Shown: positions 30,638-40,364, numbered from the stretch's first letter. The stretch: DNA of 64,000 bases from an uncultured Acinetobacter sp. (GCF_943914805.1 NZ_CALUDM010000001.1:7586-71585), one strand, 5' to 3'. Translations and numbers: made by a program. Notes: generated by a model from the letters alone, not told the origin.

Positions 30638-32131
30638 GTGCCTTATTCTTTTACACCAACTACAGAACAAAGTTTTGCAATTGCAGAAGCAAAAAAGGGA
30701 CAATCCTTTAAAGTGATTGCCTATGCTGGCACAGGTAAAACCACGACTTTACAGTTGATTAGCGATGCAATGCCGAATCGACGTGGTATGTATTTGGCTT
30801 TTAATAAGGCAATTGCCACTGAAGCACAGAATAAATTTCATAATAATGTCGATTGTCGAACCTTCCATTCATTAGCATTTAGAAGTGTGCCACGTGGTGT
30901 AACTGATAAATTACGTTTACCTCGTTTAAGTCCAAGTTTTATTGCTAAAGAATATCGTCTTGAGCCGATTACCCTGCGACGCTTAATGGGTGGTCGTTAT
31001 GAAAAATATATCTTGATGCCAAGTCGCTTAGCCAGTTTAGTGGCAAATGCTGTCAGTTATTATTGTTCAACCAGTTCGCAATACCCTGCGCCACGTCATA
31101 TACAAGCGCCAAGTTGGTTACATCCTGACGATGTGGAATCCTTACAAAAACACCTTTATCCTGCGGTAGAAAAGCGTTGGTTGGAATCGATTGATCCAAA
31201 TCACCAAGCAGGTATTGGTCACGATATTTATTTAAAATTATGGGCATTATCAGACCCTTATATTCCTGCGGATTATGTCCTATTCGATGAGGCACAGGAT
31301 GCTGACCCATTGATGTTGGGCATTTTACTGCGCCAACGTAGCACTCAAGTGATCTATGTCGGTGATGCACATCAACAGATTTACGCATGGCGTGGTGCGG
31401 TCAATGCTATGCAAAAAATGCCTTTACCTGAATCACGTTTAACCACGTCTTTCCGCTTTGGTGATGCGATTGCAGATGTTGCCAATCACTTACTCGGCGC
31501 TTTAGATGAAACTGTGCCATTATTAGGCAATCCCGACATGAAATCTAGTGTGGTCAATAAGCCACATACCAAAATGCGTGATGCAATTTTATGTCGTACT
31601 AATGCACGTGCCATGGAGTTACTACTTTCAGGTTTAGTACAAGGTGATAAAGTCAGCTTGCAAGCCGATCATGTCAAATTAAATCGTTTTGTCGATGCAG
31701 CAAGTTTGCTTAAACAAGGTAAACGTGTCACAGATGTGCCTGAGTTGGCTTGGTTTAATTCTTGGCATGATGTCCATGAGTATTGTGAAACCAATGATGG
31801 TAGTGATATCAAACCTTTAGTAAAACTGGTCGATGATCATGGCACTGAACCGCTTAAAAAAGCACTTGCTAAAATTACACCAATAGAGCAAGCTGATTAT
31901 GTGATCTCAACTGCACATAAAGCCAAAGGTTTAGAATGGAACCGTGTTCATATTGAAGATGACTACCAATTTAAGATCAATGGTCTTGAGCATAAAATCA
32001 GTGATGAAGAATTAAGGCTGCTATATGTTGCTTGTACTCGAGCAAAAGTTAGTTTAAATATTCATCATATTTATGATTTAGTACAACAACTTAAACAAAA
32101 AGTGCCATTCAAAAATAAAGCAACTGCATAA
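30638..32131 (+). CDS. Compact SF1A UvrD/PcrA-like DNA helicase (AAA_19 + UvrD_C-like, about 500 aa)
   Basis: GTG start. Walker A VIAYAGTGKTTTL. Motif Ia RTFHSLAF, II VLFDEAQDADP, III YVGDAHQQIYAWRGA, IV SFRFGDAIA, V/VI ISTAHKAKGLEWNRVHI. Lacks long 2B/accessory insertions. Putative TATACT -10 about 45 bp upstream. Confidence 0.85.
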   Translation: MPYSFTPTTEQSFAIAEAKKGQSFKVIAYAGTGKTTTLQLISDAMPNRRGMYLAFNKAIATEAQNKFHNNVDCRTFHSLAFRSVPRGVTDKLRLPRLSPSFIAKEYRLEPITLRRLMGGRYEKYILMPSRLASLVANAVSYYCSTSSQYPAPRHIQAPSWLHPDDVESLQKHLYPAVEKRWLESIDPNHQAGIGHDIYLKLWALSDPYIPADYVLFDEAQDADPLMLGILLRQRSTQVIYVGDAHQQIYAWRGAVNAMQKMPLPESRLTTSFRFGDAIADVANHLLGALDETVPLLGNPDMKSSVVNKPHTKMRDAILCRTNARAMELLLSGLVQGDKVSLQADHVKLNRFVDAASLLKQGKRVTDVPELAWFNSWHDVHEYCETNDGSDIKPLVKLVDDHGTEPLKKALAKITPIEQADYVISTAHKAKGLEWNRVHIEDDYQFKINGLEHKISDEELRLLYVACTRAKVSLNIHHIYDLVQQLKQKVPFKNKATA

Positions 32132-32161
32132 CACTGTAGTTTTTTTCTTTACAGGTGTCCT

Positions 32162-33532
32162 ATGAAACTACAAAGCATTCATTTTCGACATATTTATCAT
32201 TTTTCCGATTTAAAAATAAATTTTAAACATTCAAAAAAACCGATTACCGTCATTATTGGTGATCAAGCTTCAGGTAAAACAGCGATTATTAAAAATATTT
32301 ACCAAGCTTTAACATGGTTTCCTGCACGTTATAAAGACCTGCGCACACCGGGCGTGGTCATGCTTGATCAAGACATTATGATGGATCGGGTACAAGCAAA
32401 AATCGATGTGCAAATACATGTTCCTACTGAATTCGGCTCATTACCTGAAAGTGACGGTGCGACTGAAACAGATACACAAAGTTGTCGTTGGCAGTTATTT
32501 AAAACACTGAATGCCAATGGTGTCGGTATCAGTAAAGTTGAATTGGAACAATTAGAACAAGCGGTCACTTTGTATAATCAGGTCATAAAAAAAGACCCTG
32601 TTCAAGGGCTTCCATTACTTGCTTATTACCCTGCTGAACGTTTTGTCAATGAAGTCAATATTCTCAGTAAAAACAACCCACTGGTTTTACAGCAATATAA
32701 TGCATACGAATTAGTTGCTATTCCCTACACTACTTTTGCACGTTTTTTTGAGTGGTTTAGAGAAATTAGTGATATTGAAAATGCACAAACGGCGCAACTT
32801 TTTCAAAATATTCTGAGACATAAAGATACATCAAATAAATCAACTCAAGATTTTCAAAATACCTTATTCCAAGCACATTCTCAGCTACATGCACCTAGCC
32901 TGCAGGCATTAAAAAGCACACTTAAAACAGTGATTCCTGAAATCACAGATATCTTTTTAGAATATCAACCTAAATTACAATTGATGGTCACCTATAAAAA
33001 CCAAACCATGTCCTATCAACAATTGTCCAATACAGTCAAAAACTGGATTGGTTTAGTCGGTGATTTGGTACGTCGTCTGTGTTTACTGAACCCTTTAAGT
33101 CTATATCCATGTTTAGAGGGTGATGGTGTTCTGCTCATTGACCAAATTGATGTAGATTTAGATCAATATTCGATTCAAGTGATCTTAGATCGATTACACC
33201 AAGCCTTTCCATTGCTACAAATCATTGTTACAGGTAGCCATGAAGAGTTACTTGAACAAGCAGATGAATACCAATGTTTCCATTTAAAAAATAAACAATT
33301 ACATGAAATACAGCCCAATTCTGCATGGCAAGAATATCAACATATTTATGAAAATTTACTCAAAGAAACAACTGATCATTCAGAGCATGAATTATTAGAA
33401 CCGAATAACGACTCACTCAATGCACAGCAACTCTATGAACAGTTTCAATCTTTAACGGAAGAACAGCAAATTGAGTTAAAACGATTAATCCAAGCAGGTG
33501 ATGATTTATCACCACATACATCTTTGCTTTAA
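32162..33532 (+). CDS. ABC-type (SMC/RecF/OLD-like, AAA_21/AAA_15 class) ATPase without recognisable nuclease domain
   Basis: AGGTG RBS 30 bp after the helicase stop. N-terminal Walker A IIGDQASGKTAI (aa 31-42). About 290-aa inserted helical region. Walker B/D-loop VLLIDQIDVDLD and H-loop QIIVTGSHEELL near aa 320-350. C-terminal 100 aa helical, with no TOPRIM/HNH/PLD motifs. Confidence 0.75.
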   Translation: MKLQSIHFRHIYHFSDLKINFKHSKKPITVIIGDQASGKTAIIKNIYQALTWFPARYKDLRTPGVVMLDQDIMMDRVQAKIDVQIHVPTEFGSLPESDGATETDTQSCRWQLFKTLNANGVGISKVELEQLEQAVTLYNQVIKKDPVQGLPLLAYYPAERFVNEVNILSKNNPLVLQQYNAYELVAIPYTTFARFFEWFREISDIENAQTAQLFQNILRHKDTSNKSTQDFQNTLFQAHSQLHAPSLQALKSTLKTVIPEITDIFLEYQPKLQLMVTYKNQTMSYQQLSNTVKNWIGLVGDLVRRLCLLNPLSLYPCLEGDGVLLIDQIDVDLDQYSIQVILDRLHQAFPLLQIIVTGSHEELLEQADEYQCFHLKNKQLHEIQPNSAWQEYQHIYENLLKETTDHSEHELLEPNNDSLNAQQLYEQFQSLTEEQQIELKRLIQAGDDLSPHTSLL

Positions 33533-33924
33533 ATGAACCGTTACTTTGAATTAAACGCTGCATTGAATTAAATACTGCTTTGAAATAAATAGTTTCTAGC
33601 AAGGTTAAATTTATATAAAAACTGAAGTTCAATAGAGTCAGTCTAGCTTTGGATAAATCAACCCATTTCTCATAAGATGAATATCTGTTTTGGATGTTCA
33701 TTTTATTTTTAATTTAAATTTTAAATGCTCAACATTGCTGATTGTGGCTGAATAAGTTTGATGAATAATTTTCAAACACTCTCAAAGTGAGATGAAGCGT
33801 ATAATTACGATTGTTTGCGCAAAAACTGACAAAATAATTTGATGTTATTCCGATCATGTAATAAGATGAAAAATTGATTTAGATTCGATTTTATCAATCT
33901 AAATTGATCTTCTAATCGTTTTAT

Positions 33925-33950
33925 CAAGTTGCGCAACACAACTTGTTTTT
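33925..33950 (+). terminator. Terminator-like hairpin CAAGTTG-cgcaaca-CAACTTG + TTTTT about 105 bp upstream of mrpA
   Basis: 7-bp perfect stem followed by T5. Lies inside the 522-bp AT-rich spacer between the ATPase gene and mrpA. Confidence 0.45.
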
Positions 33951-34054
33951 GCTTATTAATTTAATTCGGCTTTCAAGATTTAAGTTCTTGGATTGCTCTT
34001 TGCGCTCCTCAAGTCCTTGAAAGATAAGATTTACATAGGTTTTACGACCTATTC

Positions 34055-36898
34055 ATGACAATGGATACGCGTGTGCTTCCGATTATTGTATTGTTACCAT
34101 TAATACTTGGCACAACCCTTGTCCTGTGGCTGAAGCAATTCTCTCGCGGGTTAACAGCTTTAGGAGCAATAGGGGTTAGTCTAAGCAGTTTTATTCTGTT
34201 ACTGACTCAAGCTAAATCAGTATTCAATGGTCAGGCTGTTTTAGAACATTGGCAATGGTTACCTCAAATTGGTATCGATTTCAGCTTTCGCCTCGATGCG
34301 CTCAGTCTTATTTTTGCCTTATTAATCAGTGGAATTGGTACGCTGATCTATATTTATGCCTATTATTATTTAAATCCAAAAAACTCTCTCAGCAAACTCT
34401 ATGCATTGCTCATGATGTTTATGACAGCAATGTTGGGAATCTCGCTGTCTAATAATTTAATTATTCTGTTGGTGTTTTGGGAGCTGACCAGTATTTCATC
34501 ATTCTTATTGGTGGGTTATTGGAGTAATTACGATGCCGCACAACGTGGCTCTCGTATGGCGCTGACCGTCACAGGAATGGGTGGTTTGGCAATGCTCGGT
34601 GGTTTCGTCTTATTGGGACAAATCACAGGGACATATCAAATCGACCAACTCACCACCATGGCAGCAACTATTCAGCATAGTCCGTTATTTGTTCCTGCTT
34701 TATTGCTGATTCTATTGGGTGCATTTACTAAAAGTGCGCAATTTCCGTTTCACTTTTGGCTACCCAATGCCATGGCAGCACCAACGCCTGTATCTGCATA
34801 TTTGCACTCAGCAACGATGGTTAAAGCAGGTATTTTCCTACTAGCACGCTTATTACCAATATTTGTCGGTTCAGCGCTATATCACAATATCGTTACAACC
34901 ATTGGTTTATTTACCTTATGTATGGCGGCATTTTTTGCCATATTCAAAGAAGACCTCAAAGGTCTGTTGGCATATTCAACGATTAGCCATTTAGGTTTAA
35001 TCATGTGTTTATTGGGCATCGGTTCACCGCTTGCTGTAGCCGCAGCCATTTTCCATATCATTAACCATGCGACATTTAAAGCTGCCTTATTCATGATTGC
35101 AGGTATCATCGACCATGAGTCTGGTACACGTGATTTAAGAAAGCTCAGTGGGTTATGGCAATTGCTTCCTTTTACAGCGACACTCGCTATGATTACCGCA
35201 GCAAGTATGGCAGGTGTACCACTGACCAATGGTTTCTTGTCCAAAGAAATGTTCTTTACTGAGTTAGTGGCGAATTTGTCTGGCGCCTATGTTGTCGTAG
35301 CGGCAATTATTGCGACATTGGCAGGTTTATTTGCTGTCGCTTATTCAGTACGCCTTGTACATGGGGTATTTTTTGATGGCCCTGTTGGCAAAGATGTTCC
35401 AAATAAAGATGCACATGAACCATCATTAGGTATGCGCGCACCTGCCATTTTGTTGGCAACATTGTGTATTTTGGTCGGTATCCTACCTGCTTTATTGGTT
35501 CAAAATATTATCAATGCAGGCACACGTGCCAGTACACAACTCGCAAACTTTGAAGGTGTTCATTTAGCTATCTGGCATGGCTTTAATTTACCTTTAGTGA
35601 TGAGTGCAATTGCGCTTTTCGGTGGTATTACCTTCTATTTTGCCTTAGCCAAAGATAATCGTATTCGCCAAATTGATCTTGACCCGATGATTGGCAAATT
35701 CCAAGGCAAATTAATTTTTGAAAATTTCCTCAAAGATTTATTATTATTCTCACGAAAAATTAAATTAAGAACTGAAACGGGTTCATTACAAAACTACTTA
35801 TTGTGGATCGTCGTATTCAGTATTGCTTTGGTTGCAACACCATTACTCAATCAAAACTTAACCACTGGCACACGTGAATTAACTCATGCCCCGTTGGTTG
35901 CAATCGTACTTTGGCTCTTACTCTTCTCAGCCTGTTGGATGATGTTATGGTTTCACCATGAACGCATTAAAGCCGTGCTGATCAGTGGTGCTGTTGGTTT
36001 AGTGGTCACTATGATTTTTGTCACGCTGTCTGCGCCTGATTTAGCATTGACTCAAATCACGGTGGATGTGGTGACAACGGTTCTGTTATTGATGAGTTTA
36101 TCGTTATTGCCACAACTGACACCGTATGAATCTAGCCAAACACGTCGTTGGCGAGATGCCATCATCGCCATTGGTGGTGGTTTAGGCATCGGTTGGATTG
36201 CTTGGTTAATTATGACTCGTGATCACAACTCAATTTCATGGTTCTTTGTACAACAGTCCTTACCACTGGGTGGTGGCTCGAATATTGTCAATGTCATCCT
36301 TGTGGATTTCCGTGGATTTGATACCTTCGGTGAAATCACGGTATTGGGTATTGCTGCAATTGGTGCGCTTTGTTTAATGGATGGTATGCGTACGCATGGC
36401 ACGACCATTACCCAAGGTTTAAGTTATCGCTTTAACCCTTCACCACTCATGTTTCGTATGACAGCTTCGTGGGTATTACCAATCGCATTGGTGGTCAGCC
36501 TCTATATTTTCCTCCGTGGTCATAATTATCCAGGTGGTGGTTTTATTGCAGGTTTAATTACCTCACTGGCATTGGTCATTCAATATATTGCACTTGGGCA
36601 AGACCAAGCAGAAAACATGCTTAAAGCCAAATCAGGTCGCTTATACGAAATTTGGATCGGGATTGGTTTAATAATCGCAGGATTGACGGGCATTGCTGCA
36701 TGGCTTTGGGATCGACCATTCCTCACCAGTGCGCATGTTTATGTTGAATCAGGAATTTTCGGGAAATTCCACTTTGCTTCTGCGGCAGCATTTGATCTTG
36801 GTGTGTATGGCACAGTGGTTGGTGCAACCATGTTGTTAATTTCTGTACTGGGCGACTCTCGACATTCGAGTATGTCTGGTCCTGTACCTAAGGAGTAA
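34055..36898 (+). CDS. mrpA: Multisubunit Na+/H+ antiporter subunit MrpA fused to MrpB (PhaAB-type)
   Basis: 947 aa polytopic membrane protein. NuoL/MrpA-like N-terminal antiporter core plus C-terminal MrpB-like extension. First gene of a 6-gene mrp cluster. Confidence 0.85.
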   Translation: MTMDTRVLPIIVLLPLILGTTLVLWLKQFSRGLTALGAIGVSLSSFILLLTQAKSVFNGQAVLEHWQWLPQIGIDFSFRLDALSLIFALLISGIGTLIYIYAYYYLNPKNSLSKLYALLMMFMTAMLGISLSNNLIILLVFWELTSISSFLLVGYWSNYDAAQRGSRMALTVTGMGGLAMLGGFVLLGQITGTYQIDQLTTMAATIQHSPLFVPALLLILLGAFTKSAQFPFHFWLPNAMAAPTPVSAYLHSATMVKAGIFLLARLLPIFVGSALYHNIVTTIGLFTLCMAAFFAIFKEDLKGLLAYSTISHLGLIMCLLGIGSPLAVAAAIFHIINHATFKAALFMIAGIIDHESGTRDLRKLSGLWQLLPFTATLAMITAASMAGVPLTNGFLSKEMFFTELVANLSGAYVVVAAIIATLAGLFAVAYSVRLVHGVFFDGPVGKDVPNKDAHEPSLGMRAPAILLATLCILVGILPALLVQNIINAGTRASTQLANFEGVHLAIWHGFNLPLVMSAIALFGGITFYFALAKDNRIRQIDLDPMIGKFQGKLIFENFLKDLLLFSRKIKLRTETGSLQNYLLWIVVFSIALVATPLLNQNLTTGTRELTHAPLVAIVLWLLLFSACWMMLWFHHERIKAVLISGAVGLVVTMIFVTLSAPDLALTQITVDVVTTVLLLMSLSLLPQLTPYESSQTRRWRDAIIAIGGGLGIGWIAWLIMTRDHNSISWFFVQQSLPLGGGSNIVNVILVDFRGFDTFGEITVLGIAAIGALCLMDGMRTHGTTITQGLSYRFNPSPLMFRMTASWVLPIALVVSLYIFLRGHNYPGGGFIAGLITSLALVIQYIALGQDQAENMLKAKSGRLYEIWIGIGLIIAGLTGIAAWLWDRPFLTSAHVYVESGIFGKFHFASAAAFDLGVYGTVVGATMLLISVLGDSRHSSMSGPVPKE

Positions 36899-36901
36899 CT
36901 C

Positions 36902-37267
36902 ATGATCAGTTTAGAATTTTTAGTCGCATCTGCGATTGGATTACTCGTTTCGACAGGAATTTATTTAATTCTCCGTGCACGTACTTTCCCTGTTGTTTTG
37001 GGTCTAGCCATGATTGGTTATGCGGTGAATATTTTTCTCTTTGCCATGGGACGCCTACAAGTCAGCTCCCCTGCCATTTTAACCGATGCAGCCAAAGTCA
37101 CCGACCCATTGCCACAAGCTTTGGTTTTAACTGCCATCGTCATTGGATTTGCTACAACCGCTTTTATTGTTCAATTGGCGTTACGCAGTCGTTTTGAATC
37201 TGGAACAGATCATGTCGATTCTAAAGATGAATTAAATACTTTTGACTCGCGTGAGGATGAGCCTTAA
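36902..37267 (+). CDS. mrpC: Na+/H+ antiporter subunit MrpC (NuoK-like)
   Basis: 121 aa, three TM helices, immediately downstream of mrpA. Confidence 0.8.
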   Translation: MISLEFLVASAIGLLVSTGIYLILRARTFPVVLGLAMIGYAVNIFLFAMGRLQVSSPAILTDAAKVTDPLPQALVLTAIVIGFATTAFIVQLALRSRFESGTDHVDSKDELNTFDSREDEP

Positions 37268-39072
37268 TGATAAATTTCCTCGATTTTTGGCATGCTCACA
37301 CGCCTATTTTAAGTATTTTAATTCCTGCTTTTACTGCATTTTTATTGGTGTTATTGGGCAATCCTGGTTCTGGCTCTTTAGCACGAGACTGGCGTCAACC
37401 GTGGCGTCGTGGTTTAAGTTTAATCTCTGTCTTACTCGGGTTAGCAACAGCGATCGCTTATTTAATTCAAGCCAGTTCAGGGAAAATTTTTGTTTACCAG
37501 CTCAGTGAATGGTCTGCGCCTTTTGGTATCGTCCTCGTATTGGATCGTTTATCAGCGTTAATGGTTGCCCTCACCTACGTACTTGCTGTACCTGTATTAT
37601 GGTTTGCGAGTAAGCAATGGGATGAACGTGGTCGTTATTTTCATGCCATGTTCCATTTCCTTTTAATGGGAATTTGTGGTGCATTTTTAACAGGCGACTT
37701 ATTTAACTTATTTGTATTTTTTGAAATATTGTTAATGGCTTCCTATGTACTACTTCTGCATGGACAAGGTAAAGCTCGTTTTCAGCTCGGTATCCATTAC
37801 GTCACGATCAATCTACTCGCTTCTGCCCTCTTCCTGATCGGATTAGGCATGATCTATGGTTCAGTCGGTAGCTTGAACATGGCGGATGTTGCACGTTTAT
37901 TGCCAACACTTGAAAATGATCAACATAAACTTGCCATTGCAGGTGGTTTGTTGCTTTTTGCAGTGTTCGGCATTAAAGCAGCCATGCTTCCAGTCAGCTT
38001 TTGGTTACCTAAAACTTATGCTGTGGCAGCGACTCCTGTTGCTGCGATTTTTACCATCATGACCAAAGTTGGTATTTATGCGATTTTACGCGTCAATGGC
38101 ACTGTTTTTCATGATGATTTAGCTCAAACCTATTTAGATTATTGGTTATTGCCAATTGGCTTAATCACTTCTTTATACGGTGTGATTGCTGCCATGGGCG
38201 CAGATCGTTTAAGACGTTTTGCTGGTTTTATGGTGTTGTCATCCGTTGGAACGATCTTAATTGCAATTTCGATTATGAATACTGCTGCATGGGCAGCAGG
38301 GCTGTATTATCTAGTTCATAGCACGCTGATTGCAGCAGCATTTTATTTACTTTGTGGATGGATTACTTCACAACGTGGTGAGTTTAAAGATCATTTAAAA
38401 GTTTCACCAAAAATGAAACAGGACAAACTGGTCGCAGCAACATTCTTTATCATTGCTTTGATGATGGCAGGCCTACCCCCTTTCAGTGGTTTCTTGGGCA
38501 AAGTTCTCTTGCTTCAATCGACAGCAAATTTCCCTTATCAAGCATGGGTCATTGCTATTGTATTGATTGTCAGTTTACTGAGTATTGTTGCATTTACACG
38601 AGTGGGTTTTATTCTGTTTTGGCGAGCAACAACACCCGAAACAGATGCTCGCAAACCAGCATTTACTGCTTACCAAGTCTTACCTGAAAAAGCGCCACCA
38701 CGTAATGATAAAACGATTTATCTATTACTTTCAGGCTTAATGCTCTATGTCATTTGCGCAGCACCAATATTAAAATATATTGACCAAACTGCATTACAAG
38801 TAGCTGATACTTCAGCATACGAACAAGCAATTTTGAAGCCTGATTCAGAAGGTAATATCATTAGCGTACAACCTTATGATGCAAACTATGTTCCTGAAAC
38901 AAAGTATGGTGGAGAAGTTGTAGATAAAAATGCGCAATATATTCCGTATGTGATTGATCAAGATACCTTACAAGGTGAGCATATTTCGCAATATAAACAA
39001 CAGCAAATTCAGCAACAGGTAAAACAAAGCTACATGCCTGATGACCCGAAACTCAAACCAATGGAGCAATAA
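37267..39072 (+). CDS. mrpD: Na+/H+ antiporter subunit MrpD (NuoN/M-like) with about 130-aa hydrophilic C-terminal extension
   Basis: 601 aa. Antiporter core about 470 aa, then a Q-rich hydrophilic tail (…QYKQQQIQQQVKQSYMPDDPKLKPMEQ). Confidence 0.85.
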   Translation: MINFLDFWHAHTPILSILIPAFTAFLLVLLGNPGSGSLARDWRQPWRRGLSLISVLLGLATAIAYLIQASSGKIFVYQLSEWSAPFGIVLVLDRLSALMVALTYVLAVPVLWFASKQWDERGRYFHAMFHFLLMGICGAFLTGDLFNLFVFFEILLMASYVLLLHGQGKARFQLGIHYVTINLLASALFLIGLGMIYGSVGSLNMADVARLLPTLENDQHKLAIAGGLLLFAVFGIKAAMLPVSFWLPKTYAVAATPVAAIFTIMTKVGIYAILRVNGTVFHDDLAQTYLDYWLLPIGLITSLYGVIAAMGADRLRRFAGFMVLSSVGTILIAISIMNTAAWAAGLYYLVHSTLIAAAFYLLCGWITSQRGEFKDHLKVSPKMKQDKLVAATFFIIALMMAGLPPFSGFLGKVLLLQSTANFPYQAWVIAIVLIVSLLSIVAFTRVGFILFWRATTPETDARKPAFTAYQVLPEKAPPRNDKTIYLLLSGLMLYVICAAPILKYIDQTALQVADTSAYEQAILKPDSEGNIISVQPYDANYVPETKYGGEVVDKNAQYIPYVIDQDTLQGEHISQYKQQQIQQQVKQSYMPDDPKLKPMEQ

Positions 39073-39597
39073 ATGAAGCAAAACATGTCTTTACTTAATC
39101 GCTGCTTACCGCATCCATTTGTTTCAGTGATCGTGGCTGTGTGCTGGCTAATGTTGAACCACAGTGCTGAACTATTTGATGTTGTGGTGGCAATTATTCT
39201 TGGTCTGATCATTCCCAAATTGATTCAGCCTTTTATTGTCAATACACCGAATATCCACTGGCGTTCGGCAATCCAATTATTTTTTATTGTGCTTTGGGAT
39301 ATTTGTGTTTCAAACGTTCGTGTTGCAAAACAAGTCCTTGGGCCAACCAAAAACTTACATCCTAAATGGTTTCGTGTTCCTTTAGATACGGATCATGAAC
39401 ATGTGAATTCATTGCTTGCAATGATTATTACCACCACACCGGGTACTGTCAGTGCAGGAATCGATCAAGAACGAGGTGATATTTTAGTCCATGCATTAAG
39501 TTCTGAAGATCCAGAAGCTGAAATTCAAGAAATTAAAGCACGTTATGAATATCGTTTACTGGCAATTTTTCGAGTTCAGCAAGGAGAATCATTATGA
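39073..39597 (+). CDS. mrpE: Na+/H+ antiporter subunit MrpE
   Basis: 174 aa, position and hydrophobic N-terminus match MrpE. Start codon overlaps the mrpD stop. Confidence 0.8.
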   Translation: MKQNMSLLNRCLPHPFVSVIVAVCWLMLNHSAELFDVVVAIILGLIIPKLIQPFIVNTPNIHWRSAIQLFFIVLWDICVSNVRVAKQVLGPTKNLHPKWFRVPLDTDHEHVNSLLAMIITTTPGTVSAGIDQERGDILVHALSSEDPEAEIQEIKARYEYRLLAIFRVQQGESL

Positions 39598-39869
39598 TGA
39601 TATTGCCTTATGCTTTGGGGATTTGCTTAATCGCCGTGACGATATCTATGTTGCTATGCCTTATTCGTTTAGTTGTAGGTCCATCTGTGGTTGACCGATT
39701 ATTGGCTTTAGATACATTGTTTTTAAATGCAACCTGTTTAATTGTCATACTTGGGATTTACTGGGCAAGCACTTCTATGTTTGAAGGTGCTTTATTGGTC
39801 GCTATGCTCGGTTTTGTATCAACCGCTGCTTTAGCACGCTATTTCACGACGGGTCATGTCGTCGATTAA
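39594..39869 (+). CDS. mrpF: Na+/H+ antiporter subunit MrpF
   Basis: 91 aa, three TM helices, 4-bp overlap with mrpE. Confidence 0.8.
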   Translation: MMILPYALGICLIAVTISMLLCLIRLVVGPSVVDRLLALDTLFLNATCLIVILGIYWASTSMFEGALLVAMLGFVSTAALARYFTTGHVVD

Positions 39870-39881
39870 AAGGAGAGGTCA

Positions 39882-40277
39882 ATGGAAAATAATATGCAAC
39901 TTATTATGGAAGTGATTGTTTCTTTCTTTTTAATCATCGGTGCCTTCTTCACCCTGATTGGTGGAATTGGTATCGTGAAACTTCCCGATTTGTTTATGCG
40001 TTTACATGCACCAACTAAATCAAGCACTTTAGGATTAGGTAGTTTCTTAATCGCAGCAATGATTTATGCAGCATTTAATCATCGTTTTGGTTTCGCTGAA
40101 TTATTAATTACTCTACTTGCCTTCATTACTGCGCCTGTGTCTGCAAATTTAATTGCACAAGCAGCGATACATTTACGTTTACGTTCTACTTCTGGCGATG
40201 TGCCTGAAGCTTTGGACAGACCTTTACCATGGCAACGTCAAAAAGTGGTTAAACAGTTTAAAGATGGTAAATTTTAA
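39882..40277 (+). CDS. mrpG: Na+/H+ antiporter subunit MrpG
   Basis: 131 aa, last gene of the cluster, GGAG RBS. Confidence 0.8.
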   Translation: MENNMQLIMEVIVSFFLIIGAFFTLIGGIGIVKLPDLFMRLHAPTKSSTLGLGSFLIAAMIYAAFNHRFGFAELLITLLAFITAPVSANLIAQAAIHLRLRSTSGDVPEALDRPLPWQRQKVVKQFKDGKF

Positions 40278-40307
40278 AGCTACATCATCCGTCTAAAAAT
40301 CACTGCA

Positions 40308-40341
40308 ATAAAAAGCCAATGTTCATCATTGGCTTTTTATT
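40308..40341. terminator. Bidirectional rho-independent terminator between mrpG (+) and the metal-hydrolase gene (-)
   Basis: AAAAAGCCAATG-ttca-TCATTGGCTTTTT. Confidence 0.8.
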
Positions 40342-40364
40342 TATTTCATCAATTGCACAAACCA

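Noticed and set aside
33417-33701. 94-aa minus-strand ORF overlapping the 3' end of the ATPase gene
   Set aside because: It overlaps the ATPase CDS, has no RBS or start context, and sits in an AT-rich region prone to random ORFs.
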